A DNA stretch of 64,000 bases. Source: Oscillospiraceae bacterium (GTDB lineage Bacteria; Bacillota; Clostridia; Oscillospirales; CAG-272). Below the pieces are notes generated by a model that had not been told where the DNA came from, did not search any database, and was given only the letters and a program-made list of their open reading frames with translations. Positions within the stretch are counted from its first letter, which is position 1, and each line of letters begins with the position of its first letter. The DNA is taken from positions 4,890 through 68,889 of the forward strand of contig SVSH01000010.1 in assembly GCA_015064395.1 (NCBI GenBank), in the 5' to 3' direction. Shown one piece after another: positions 17,344-25,597 of this stretch. A program made the translations under genes and the position numbers.

Positions 17344-17815
17344 GGTAGCCGGATGGGCGCGCCACAATGCGGCGCGCTGTGCGGTTGTGTTACTTCTTTG
17401 ACGCACGTCAAAGAAGTAACCAAGAAAACGTGCCAAGACGTTCCCTCTTGGATCTCCCTTGGCATTGCCGCTCTGCAAAGCGAAAGAGGAGAAAGATATA
17501 AAAATTTGTAATGCATCGCTTGCCATTTTGACAACACGAGCGGCAGATGTAGAAAGCAAGAGTTTTTGCTCTGCAATGTGTGCGAGTTTCTTTAACTCGC
17601 GCACACGAGCGTTGAAGTCGCATATCTTCGCGTCGTGTTGCGCGGAGCGAGAGCGCAGCGCCCACAAAGGCGCGCTGCGGGGTTCCAAGGGGCATTAGGC
17701 CCCTTGGTCCGTTTTCTTGGTTCGTTCTTTGTCGGATGACAAAGAATGAACAATTATGCTTTCACCGAGCGCGCGCAGCAGGGCGAGGCTGTAGGAGAAG
17801 ATGTGAAAAATTTAG
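17344..17815 (-). repeat. modular repeat element, locus R2
   Basis: Contains the GTAG-CCGGATGG + GCGCGCCACAATGCGGCGCGC hairpin and two TTCTTTG/CAAAGAA hairpins (17389-17420, 17720-17751). Also carries an inverted GGGAACG-loop hairpin (17433-17451) and an inverted long-range GCCGCTC/GAGCGGC module. Terminus ...GGAGAAGATGTGAAAAATTTAG. Confidence 0.9.
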
Positions 17816-17820
17816 AATAC

Positions 17821-17839
17821 CTAAATTTACTTCCTCTCC
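17821..17839 (-). repeat. solo element terminus overlapping the gdpP stop codon
   Basis: CTAAATTTACTTCCTCTCC is the reverse complement of GGAGAGGAAGTAAATTTAG. Together with the R2 terminus it forms AAATTTAG-AATAC-CTAAATTT. Confidence 0.6.
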
Positions 17840-19956
17840 ACAATATCATGATCCAAATAATCATCGATCGCACCCTTGAGCAGCTCACACGCATACGTCA
17901 GCGAGGTGTCCTTGATCTGGGCGCCTGCCATGTCAAAGTGACCGCCGCCGCCCAGCTTTTCCATGATGATCTGAACGTTGATGGCATCGCCCGAACGAGC
18001 GGAGATGCTCACGCTGTCTCCAATATTGACCAGCGCAAACGAGGCGTCGATGCCCCGGACGGTCAAGAGACGGTCAGCAGCCTTGGCGGCGGCGACACGC
18101 TCGTTGATGCGTTCCGCGCGGGTGGTGTCACTGTTGAGCCAGGTGATGGCAATGCGCCCACGATAAATGCGGGTGCGGGAACCGAAGTCACTGGCGGTGA
18201 TCAGCTCATCCAGCGTCTCGTAGAAGAAAAGCCGCGTGACGTTGGTGTGCGCGCCCTTCTCGTACAGATAATGGACGGCGGAGAAGGTCTGAGCACCTGT
18301 CGAGTGGGTGAAGTTTTTGGTGTCCAGCATGATGCCGGCCAAAAGCAGGGTGGCCTCCTCCTTGCGCAGGGCATCGGCGTAGGGGCTCTGCTCGATCATC
18401 TCGGCGATCAGCTCACTGGCAGAGGACGCCGTCGGGTGAATATAACTCAGGACGGGGGCAAAATCGAACACCTCGAACTGACGGTGGTGGTCAATGATGG
18501 CAATATTGGCGACGTTTTTGACGACGTCGGGCGCCTCGACAATGTTGACGTTGTTAGCGTCTACGATGATGAGCAGCGAATCCGAGCGAACCAGATCCAG
18601 CGCGTTGTGAGCGTCAACGAACAATTCGTCATATAAGGCGTGGTTGCCCAGCTGCTCCGAGCAAATGCGGAAGTCCTCGCTCTCGCGGTTCATGACGATG
18701 CGCACGTCCGTCTTGCGGTTGCCGATGGCACACAGCGCCAGGCGCGCCGCACCCACGCAAGCACCAATGGCGTCGAAGTCGGGGTTGCGGTGTCCCATGA
18801 TAATAACGTTGCCGGCCTGTGCGATCAGCGAGCAGAGCTGATTGGAGTTGACGCGCGAGATGATCGAGGTGTTGCTCTGCATGGTCTTGACACGGCCGCC
18901 AAAGAAGGTGACGCCGTCGGCGCGTCGGATGGCAACCTGGTCACCACCGCGCTGCAGGGCGATGTCCAAAGCCGCACTCGCCGCCGCCTCGCGGTCCTTG
19001 AAGGAGCCGCCCACAGCCGCGATACCCATGGAAATGGTAACAGGGAAGCTGTTGTCGCCCAGCTTGACCTGACGAACGCGGTTCAGAATGCTGAAGTTGT
19101 CCTCCTCACAGCGGTGAAGAGCCTCGGCGGAGCACAAAAGCAAGAATTTATCGCGGTCATATTCCCGCAACAATCCTCCAATGTCGGAAGCCCATTCCTT
19201 GAGGATGGTCTCGATCTCATTGGCGGCAGAGCGGTAGCTGACGCGGACGTACTGGGCCAGCTCCTGAAGGTTGTCCAGCACGATATAGGCAACGATGGGG
19301 TTCTCGCGCTCCATCTTCTCACGGAGCTCCAGATAGTCGGAGACGTCGTGGAAGGTGATCATGTAATAATCCTGGCCGCGCAGTCTCATGGCGTAAGCGA
19401 TCAGCTCATAGCGACGACCGCTGTTACCCAGGCGAATGTGGAAGCCGTGGGCGCCGGGAATGACCTCTCCGTTTTCATCCAACGCGCGGGCAAAGCGAAG
19501 CTCGCGCGGCTCCCCCGTGCTGCGAATGATGTCCTGGATGGAGATCGGGCAGAAGGTGGACAGGGGGACGTTGCAGATGGGGGACTTGAAGGCCAGAATA
19601 TCCTGAAGCGCGCGATTGACGACCTTGACGTTTCCCTTGCTGTCCGAGATGGCGTAGGGAATGTCGATGACGTATTTGAACACGTCACCGATCTCCGTGG
19701 TCATGTCGTCGGCGGCTGCCAGTACCTCGTGCAGACGGCGGACGCGGATCAGGTAGGCCAGCAGCATACAGCCGCCGATCACCACGAAAAAGGTGAGCAG
19801 CACAAGGCCGTACAGGACGACGTCACTGTCCGGATCCATCAGATAGCACAGCACCTCCAGGGCGGAGAGCAGGATCACGCCAATGCCATAGCAAAGGGCA
19901 AAGGGCAGTCTGGCGTCAACCGTCTGGGTGTGTGGCAGCTTGTTTTTGTTTTGCAT
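17827..19956 (-). CDS. gdpP: c-di-AMP phosphodiesterase GdpP (YybT): TM + PAS-like + degenerate GGDEF + DHH/DHHA1
   Basis: 709 aa. Two N-terminal TM helices, a DHH motif (IAIIDHHR) and a GGGH motif near the C-terminus. Conserved yybS-gdpP-rplI-dnaB order. Confidence 0.85.
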   Translation of the reverse strand: MQNKNKLPHTQTVDARLPFALCYGIGVILLSALEVLCYLMDPDSDVVLYGLVLLTFFVVIGGCMLLAYLIRVRRLHEVLAAADDMTTEIGDVFKYVIDIPYAISDSKGNVKVVNRALQDILAFKSPICNVPLSTFCPISIQDIIRSTGEPRELRFARALDENGEVIPGAHGFHIRLGNSGRRYELIAYAMRLRGQDYYMITFHDVSDYLELREKMERENPIVAYIVLDNLQELAQYVRVSYRSAANEIETILKEWASDIGGLLREYDRDKFLLLCSAEALHRCEEDNFSILNRVRQVKLGDNSFPVTISMGIAAVGGSFKDREAAASAALDIALQRGGDQVAIRRADGVTFFGGRVKTMQSNTSIISRVNSNQLCSLIAQAGNVIIMGHRNPDFDAIGACVGAARLALCAIGNRKTDVRIVMNRESEDFRICSEQLGNHALYDELFVDAHNALDLVRSDSLLIIVDANNVNIVEAPDVVKNVANIAIIDHHRQFEVFDFAPVLSYIHPTASSASELIAEMIEQSPYADALRKEEATLLLAGIMLDTKNFTHSTGAQTFSAVHYLYEKGAHTNVTRLFFYETLDELITASDFGSRTRIYRGRIAITWLNSDTTRAERINERVAAAKAADRLLTVRGIDASFALVNIGDSVSISARSGDAINVQIIMEKLGGGGHFDMAGAQIKDTSLTYACELLKGAIDDYLDHDIVERK

Positions 19957-20016
19957 AACATTTTCCTCCTTGCGGGGTAATCTGTTCGCGGCCGTGCCGC
20001 GGCGGGGGAGGTGAGA

Positions 20017-21249
20017 TCAACTCGGATCATCCGAATGATCGGAAGAGTCGTTTTTGGGTTGATTTAACAGAATATGAGCGACGATGGGGCGCATCAGCGT
20101 TGCAAGCGCGCCGGATATCGAAACGCACAGGATCAGCATGGTGGGGGCCAGCAGTGCCGCGCCAATGATAAGGACGATCCAAATCTTGGAGATGCCGCGC
20201 TGAAGATCTGCCGCCAGCTTGAAAACGCCCACCAGGCACATGCCCGGCAGAAGGATCAGCCGCAGGTTTTCAAAAACGGCGGATGTCAGCGTGAAATCCT
20301 TGGAAAAGATGGATGCGATACAGCATACAAGATAAATGATCGCGGCAGGAACGCTGAGAACGAAAAGCTGAGACATATGAGTGACCAGCTGCTTCATGCC
20401 AACGCCGCGGTAGGTGCGGATGCAGGTCAGCTGACAGGCGTATGCCAATATATTCAACGCAAAGATCAAAAGTCCCGGCAGCATATTGAATACGAGCTCG
20501 ACCGAGCTTTGAATGAGAGCGGCGGCCTCAATGCCGGTGCCGGTGGTGTCCAGCGTCATTTGCAACGCTTCCATCAGAGTCGCGTCACCGGTCATGATGG
20601 TGACGATCTGCTCGCGCAAGGCCTCTGCGGCGGCGATCACCTCGGAGAAGACGATGGTGCCGTTGGCGCGATACCAGACGAGCGCCCCGCCGAACACGGC
20701 GCAAAGGCCGAGCATGATCGAAACAAGGCAGATAGAAGACACGCGCGGACGGTTTTGCATGGTGTTGTAGGCGAGAATGCCGGCGGCAGGAAAGGCGATG
20801 AGCGAAAGCACGGCCAGCATAGGATCGCGGCAAAGCAAAAGAGACAGCAGGTAAGCGGCGATTGGAACAGCGGCCAGCGCATACGAGCGGCAGGTGCTGA
20901 TCAAAAAGGCGCCGATGCCGACCGTGGCCATCAGGGCGAGGGCGTATACACCGCCAACCAAGCCGCCGGACAGACAACCGCCAAAAAACAGGACGGCCGA
21001 GAGAATACCGACGGTGACCGAGCGCACGACAAAGATCAAGGCGGCGATCAGTGCAACGAGCAAGCAGACGGTATACATCTGTGGGGGCGTAACCACGAGG
21101 GGATAAGCCGCGCAGGCAACGAGCAGCAGGCAAAGCGCAAGATTGCCCGGCAGGGGAAGCGAGGGAATGGTGGAGCCGTCCGCCCAGGGATTTTTGTCCG
21201 TGATGAAGCGGAGCTGTACACCGGGCATCGGCGAGGGATTTTGATTCAT
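20017..21249 (-). CDS. yybS: YybS / DUF2232 family polytopic membrane protein
   Basis: 410 aa with many TM helices, immediately upstream of gdpP as in B. subtilis. The family call rests mainly on synteny. Confidence 0.65.
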   Translation of the reverse strand: MNQNPSPMPGVQLRFITDKNPWADGSTIPSLPLPGNLALCLLLVACAAYPLVVTPPQMYTVCLLVALIAALIFVVRSVTVGILSAVLFFGGCLSGGLVGGVYALALMATVGIGAFLISTCRSYALAAVPIAAYLLSLLLCRDPMLAVLSLIAFPAAGILAYNTMQNRPRVSSICLVSIMLGLCAVFGGALVWYRANGTIVFSEVIAAAEALREQIVTIMTGDATLMEALQMTLDTTGTGIEAAALIQSSVELVFNMLPGLLIFALNILAYACQLTCIRTYRGVGMKQLVTHMSQLFVLSVPAAIIYLVCCIASIFSKDFTLTSAVFENLRLILLPGMCLVGVFKLAADLQRGISKIWIVLIIGAALLAPTMLILCVSISGALATLMRPIVAHILLNQPKNDSSDHSDDPS

Positions 21250-21319
21250 ATAAAAACTCCTTGTTGCCGTGAGGAGTCATTCACGGCAGGGCATAGTATC
21301 CTATCATACTGATTATATC

Positions 21320-21348
21320 AGTATACCATATCTTTGGCCGTTTGTAAA
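21320..21348 (-). promoter_or_regulatory. sigma-A-type promoter for yybS-gdpP
   Basis: On the minus strand: TTTACA (complement of 21343-21348), 17-nt spacer, TGgTATACT (the -10 is the complement of 21320-21325). It overlaps the palindrome ATACTGAT-TAT-ATCAGTAT (21306-21324). Confidence 0.5.
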
Positions 21349-21420
21349 CAAGCAAATGTCATTTTTTTAATAAATAAGGAAGGAAAATGCAATTTGATTG
21401 CCGGTTTTCGCCTGTGAAAA

Positions 21421-21450
21421 CAAAAAAAGGAAGTCCCGGAGGACTTCCTT
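21421..21450 (-). terminator. rho-independent terminator of the LRR lipoprotein gene
   Basis: AGGAAGTCC-CGGA-GGACTTCCT preceded by AAAAAAA on the plus strand, which is a T-run on the minus strand. Confidence 0.8.
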
Positions 21451-21471
21451 TATCTCTTTGGGATCCATAGA

Positions 21472-22257
21472 TCAACGGAACTGAGCGATGTGCGTGGCTG
21501 CAACGGAGCCTTCCACGACGGTGATCGCCTCGTCGGGCAGGTCACGAACGATGGGGTTGAATGCATAGTCGCCGATCTCGGTCAGCGATGCGGGCAGGGA
21601 CAATGCCTCGACGGCAGTGCAATCGTAGAATGCTTGAGCACCGACCGAGGTAATACCCTCAGGCAACACGATGGAGGTCAGTGCCTTGCAATCCAAGAAG
21701 GCTGCATATCCAATGGTCTTCAGGGAAGCAGGGAAGGTAACACCGGTCAAAGAGGTACAGCCATAGAAGGCAGCTTCGTTGATGTTCTCCAGGCCCTCGG
21801 GCATAACAACGGTCGTCAGGTGAGCGCTGGCATAGAACGCACACTTGCCGATCGTCTTGACAGATGCGGGCAGAGTAACGGTGGTCAACGCCTCGCAGTA
21901 AGCAAAGGCATAGTCGCCGATCTTGACCAGAGCGGCATCGCTCTTGATCTCGGAAATGTTGGATTTTGCGCGGAAAGCGGCGCTTGCGATCTCGGTGACG
22001 TTTCTGCCGTCAATAGAGGCAGGAATGGTGACCACGTGGGGCTCATCGCTACCGACAAAGTCGGTGATGGCAACAGTGGTACTGCTCAGATATTCATATG
22101 TAAAGGTATCGCCCTGGCTGTCCGTGTAGGTGAGGGTCTCGGGGCCGATGTTGATGACAGGGTCATCGGTCGCGCCGTCGTTGCCCTTGTCGGAACATGC
22201 TACGCAAAGGCACAGCATCAAAACTGCCAGCAGCATGGCAAATACTCGTTTTGTCAT
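21472..22257 (-). CDS. leucine-rich-repeat (BspA-like) lipoprotein
   Basis: 261 aa from the internal Met. Signal peptide with lipobox LCVAC. Repeated units of the form ...IGxxAFxxCxxLTxVxLP.... Confidence 0.75.
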   Translation of the reverse strand: MTKRVFAMLLAVLMLCLCVACSDKGNDGATDDPVINIGPETLTYTDSQGDTFTYEYLSSTTVAITDFVGSDEPHVVTIPASIDGRNVTEIASAAFRAKSNISEIKSDAALVKIGDYAFAYCEALTTVTLPASVKTIGKCAFYASAHLTTVVMPEGLENINEAAFYGCTSLTGVTFPASLKTIGYAAFLDCKALTSIVLPEGITSVGAQAFYDCTAVEALSLPASLTEIGDYAFNPIVRDLPDEAITVVEGSVAATHIAQFR

Positions 22258-22377
22258 GGAAAAATCCTCCGTTTTATTCTTTTGACAGTTCATTATACAG
22301 CAATATAGAAGAAAAGTCAAGAGTTTTACGGAGTATGATTGTAAATATTTTGCGACGGGGGGAGCAGGAGGGGGGGT

Positions 22378-22977
22378 CTAAATTTCAAACAACTACTTCT
22401 TTTGACGCGCACACAGCTGCGCGCGTGCGCTGTGCTGGCATGGATGCCATTTCTTTGTCGTTCCACAAAGAAATGGCGAAAGAAAGGGAACCAAAGGCTG
22501 CCGCCTTTGGAAACTGCTCCCGTGCCGCTCTACAAACAGGAAGACAAGAGGTCATATAAACGCTTTTGATGCTGTGCCTCAAATTTAGATAACACGAGCG
22601 GCAGGCGGGGAAAGCAAGAACTTTTGCTTTCCGTTTTGCTGGAAATTTGCACTATCAAAGGGTGCGTAGAACGGTGGCGCAAAAGTTTTTGCTGTTGCAT
22701 TTTGCGTGCTACTCCCATGTTTGCAAGTTTCTTTAACTTGCAAACACAAGCGCTGAAACTGCTTACTTTTGCGTCGTGTTGCGCGGAGCGAAAGCGTAGC
22801 GCTCACAAAGACGCACTGCAGGGTTCCAAGGGACATTAGGTCCCTTGGCGCCCTTCTTCCGCCACTTCTTGGGGCGCGCCAAGAAGTGGCATCAAAAACC
22901 GGCACAGTTCAGCGCGCGCAGCTCGACGAAGTCGAGGTGGGCTGTGTGCGCTTGCCAAGAAAAAGTAGTTAAAAAAT
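22378..22977 (-). repeat. modular repeat element, locus R3 (full-length beta form, TIR-bounded)
   Basis: Starts CTAAATTTCAAACAACTACTTCTTTTGACGCGCACAC and ends ...GTGTGCGCTTGCCAAGAAAAAGTAGTTAAAAAAT. Module-for-module it is the reverse complement of R10. Confidence 0.9.
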
Positions 22978-23186
22978 CCAACTATCTCTTTTTCACCCTC
23001 AACAACCTCCTGAGCAACGGCGCCAAAAACGCAGGGGAACGCCAAACGACAATTTTCATACCCGTTTCCACCTTTCATAAGTCACATTCTCATTAACGAT
23101 TGTATGCATCGCCCCCGAAAACGGTTCCCCAAAGTCCCCATCCTCAAAAAAATATAAATAAATACGGAAAAAATCGCAAAAAGCCC

Positions 23187-23215
23187 TTGCAATACGGGAA
23201 AATGTGTGGTATACT
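23187..23215 (+). promoter_or_regulatory. sigma-A-type promoter of the rimP-nusA-infB operon
   Basis: TTGCAA (23187-23192), 17-nt spacer, TGgTATACT (-10 at 23210-23215). Confidence 0.65.
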
Positions 23216-23244
23216 ACATACCGTAAGTTAGTAAAATGCACGTT

Positions 23245-23275
23245 GGAGAGTGGGTTCGCAAGGATCCACTCTCCA
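23245..23275 (+). promoter_or_regulatory. leader hairpin of the rimP-nusA operon
   Basis: GGAGAGTGG-GTTCGCAAGGAT-CCACTCTCC in the ~95-nt 5' leader. No T-run follows it. Confidence 0.45.
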
Positions 23276-23310
23276 TTGCATGAGACCGAATATTAAAATT
23301 TCAAAGGAGT

Positions 23311-23793
23311 TTGCAACCTATGGCAAACAAAAAAAGCGGCAGCATCGCCGAGATCGTGACCGCCCTGGCAGCACCCTTTGCCGAGCAAATGGGCTATTCG
23401 CTCTGGGACGTCGAATACGTCCGCGAAGGCGCAGATTACTACCTGCGTATCACCATTGACAACGAGGCCGGTATCACCATCGACGACTGTGAGGCCTTCA
23501 GCCGCGCCATCGATCCCGTGCTGGACGAGGCCGATCCCATCGCTGACTCGTACCACCTGGAGATCTCCTCTCCCGGCGTCGAGCGTGACATCAAGACCCG
23601 GGCACACATCGAGTTTTGCACCGGAGAAACGGTCGAGGCAAGACTGTTCGCCCCCGTGGAAGGCAGTCGCGTCCATCGCGGCATCCTGCAGGGCCTGGAC
23701 GAGAACGGTTGCGTCCTGCTTGCCGTTGGCGAGCAAACGCTTGCCATCCCCCGCGCCTCCATCAGCCGAATGACCACCGTGTTTGAATTTTAA
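23311..23793 (+). CDS. rimP: ribosome maturation factor RimP
   Basis: 160 aa. The GYSLWDVEY...YLRITID N-domain and the position upstream of nusA support the call. Confidence 0.9.
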   Translation: MQPMANKKSGSIAEIVTALAAPFAEQMGYSLWDVEYVREGADYYLRITIDNEAGITIDDCEAFSRAIDPVLDEADPIADSYHLEISSPGVERDIKTRAHIEFCTGETVEARLFAPVEGSRVHRGILQGLDENGCVLLAVGEQTLAIPRASISRMTTVFEF

Positions 23794-23823
23794 GAGATAA
23801 ATTTAAGGAAAGGATTTTCAATC

Positions 23824-24849
23824 ATGAACTCCGAGTTTTTCACCGCGCTGGATCTGCTCCAGAAGGAAAAAGGCATCCCCCCCGAATATATGTATGAAAA
23901 GATCGAGGCCGCACTGACTGCCGCTTACAAGAAGGAATACGGCAATAATACCAACGTGCGCGTCGTCATCGACCCTGCCAAGAAGGACGTCCGTCTGTAT
24001 CAGCAGAAGGAGGTCGTCGAGGAGGTCACCGATCCCGAGACCCAGATCTCGCTGGCAGATGCCAAGGCCATCAGCAAGAGATATACCGTGGGAAAGGTGG
24101 TCGAGACCGAGGTCAAGACCAAGAACTTCCGCAGACTGTCCGCAGGTGCTGCCAAGTCTGTGATCATCCAGGGCATCCGTGAGGGCGAACGCCGCGTGAT
24201 GCAGGAGGCATACGAGAACAAGCGCGAGGAGATCATCACCGCGACCGTCTCCAAGGTCGATCCCGAGTCGGGCAACGTCGTGCTGGAAACGGGCACGAGC
24301 TACGCGACGCTTCTCAAGTCCGAGCAGATCCCCGGCGAGATCTTGCGCGTGGGCGATCGCATCCGAGTTTTTGTTATGGAGGTAAACCGCGAGTCCCGCG
24401 GCCCGCTGGTCACGCTGTCCCGCGTACATCCCGGCCTGGTTCGCCGTATGTTTGAATTGGAGATCCCCGAGATCGCCGATGGCGTTGTTATGGTCAAGGG
24501 CGTTGCCCGAGAGGCAGGCTCGCGCACCAAGATCGCCGTGATGTCCCGCGATGCCGACGTCGATCCCGTTGGCGCTTGTATCGGTAACCACGGTATGCGT
24601 ATCTCGGCCATTCTGGACGAGCTGCGCGGCGAGAAGATCGACATCGTGAAGTACAGCGAGGATCCCGCCGAGTACGTAGCCGCCGCTCTGGCTCCCGCCA
24701 CCGTCCTTGACGTAGAAATGACGGGCGAGCGCGCCTGCCGCGTGCTTGTCGACGCCGACCAGCTCTCTCTTGCTATCGGTAAGGAGGGTCAGAACGCCCG
24801 CCTTGCTGCCCGTCTGACCGGTCACAAGGTCGACATCAAGGCAGAGTAA
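23824..24849 (+). CDS. nusA: transcription termination/antitermination factor NusA
   Basis: 341 aa. N-terminal domain, S1 domain and two KH domains (GACIGNHGMRI, AIGKEGQNARLAA). Confidence 0.97.
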   Translation: MNSEFFTALDLLQKEKGIPPEYMYEKIEAALTAAYKKEYGNNTNVRVVIDPAKKDVRLYQQKEVVEEVTDPETQISLADAKAISKRYTVGKVVETEVKTKNFRRLSAGAAKSVIIQGIREGERRVMQEAYENKREEIITATVSKVDPESGNVVLETGTSYATLLKSEQIPGEILRVGDRIRVFVMEVNRESRGPLVTLSRVHPGLVRRMFELEIPEIADGVVMVKGVAREAGSRTKIAVMSRDADVDPVGACIGNHGMRISAILDELRGEKIDIVKYSEDPAEYVAAALAPATVLDVEMTGERACRVLVDADQLSLAIGKEGQNARLAARLTGHKVDIKAE

Positions 24850-24862
24850 GCGAGGGCGACAT

Positions 24863-25150
24863 ATGGGAGTTAAGGTACGCAAGATCCCCATGCGTCAGTG
24901 CATGGGCTGCAGTGAGCATAAGCCGAAGGGCGAGCTTTTGCGGGTCGTCCGCTCTCCCGAGGGTGAGGTCACGCTGGATATGACCGGACGCAAATCCGGC
25001 CGCGGCGCCTACCTTTGCCACGACGTCAAGTGCCTGCGCCGCGCGCGCAAGAGCCGCAGACTGGACCATACCCTGGAATGCACCATTCCCGACGAGGTCT
25101 ACGATCGCATGGAGCAGGAGCTGGAAAACGATGCCGACGAACAACAATGA
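24863..25150 (+). CDS. ylxR: YlxR/RnpM family (DUF448) RNA-binding protein
   Basis: 95 aa. MRQCMGC...GRGAYLC motif. Conserved position after nusA. Confidence 0.85.
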   Translation: MGVKVRKIPMRQCMGCSEHKPKGELLRVVRSPEGEVTLDMTGRKSGRGAYLCHDVKCLRRARKSRRLDHTLECTIPDEVYDRMEQELENDADEQQ

Positions 25151-25508
25151 CGCAACACTCGCTCGCTTGAAGTCCAATCTCGGACTGTGCGCCCGCGCTC
25201 GTGCCCTGATCTTCGGCACGCCCATGGTGTGCGAGGCCATGAGGAGCAATAAGCCCCCCTGCCTTGTGCTGGAGGCCGGCGACTCGTCCGATCATACGCA
25301 TAAGCGACTGACTGACAAATGTAGCTTTTATCACATACAGCATATCCGCCTGCCCATCACGGGGGGCGAGCTTGGCGCGGCCGTTGGCAAAACCTCGACC
25401 GTTGCCGCCATCGCCGTCACCAACGAGCAGCTGTGCAAGCCGGTGCTTGCGGCCTGGAATATGCTGATCGAATCATCCGATCCCTCTTCGCGTCATGCGA
25501 AGGACTAA
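25131..25508 (+). CDS. ylxQ: L7Ae-family ribosomal-protein-like protein (YlxQ)
   Basis: 125 aa between ylxR and infB. The L7Ae-like pattern is LGLCARARALIFG...LVLEAGDSS. Confidence 0.75.
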   Translation: MPTNNNDATLARLKSNLGLCARARALIFGTPMVCEAMRSNKPPCLVLEAGDSSDHTHKRLTDKCSFYHIQHIRLPITGGELGAAVGKTSTVAAIAVTNEQLCKPVLAAWNMLIESSDPSSRHAKD

Positions 25509-25597
25509 ACCAAAACTGAAATTGACGACACAAGAGACTGCCGACGCTGACCTGTCGGGCACCCGGCTTTTTGTGCCGGGATAATGTAGGAGGAAAC

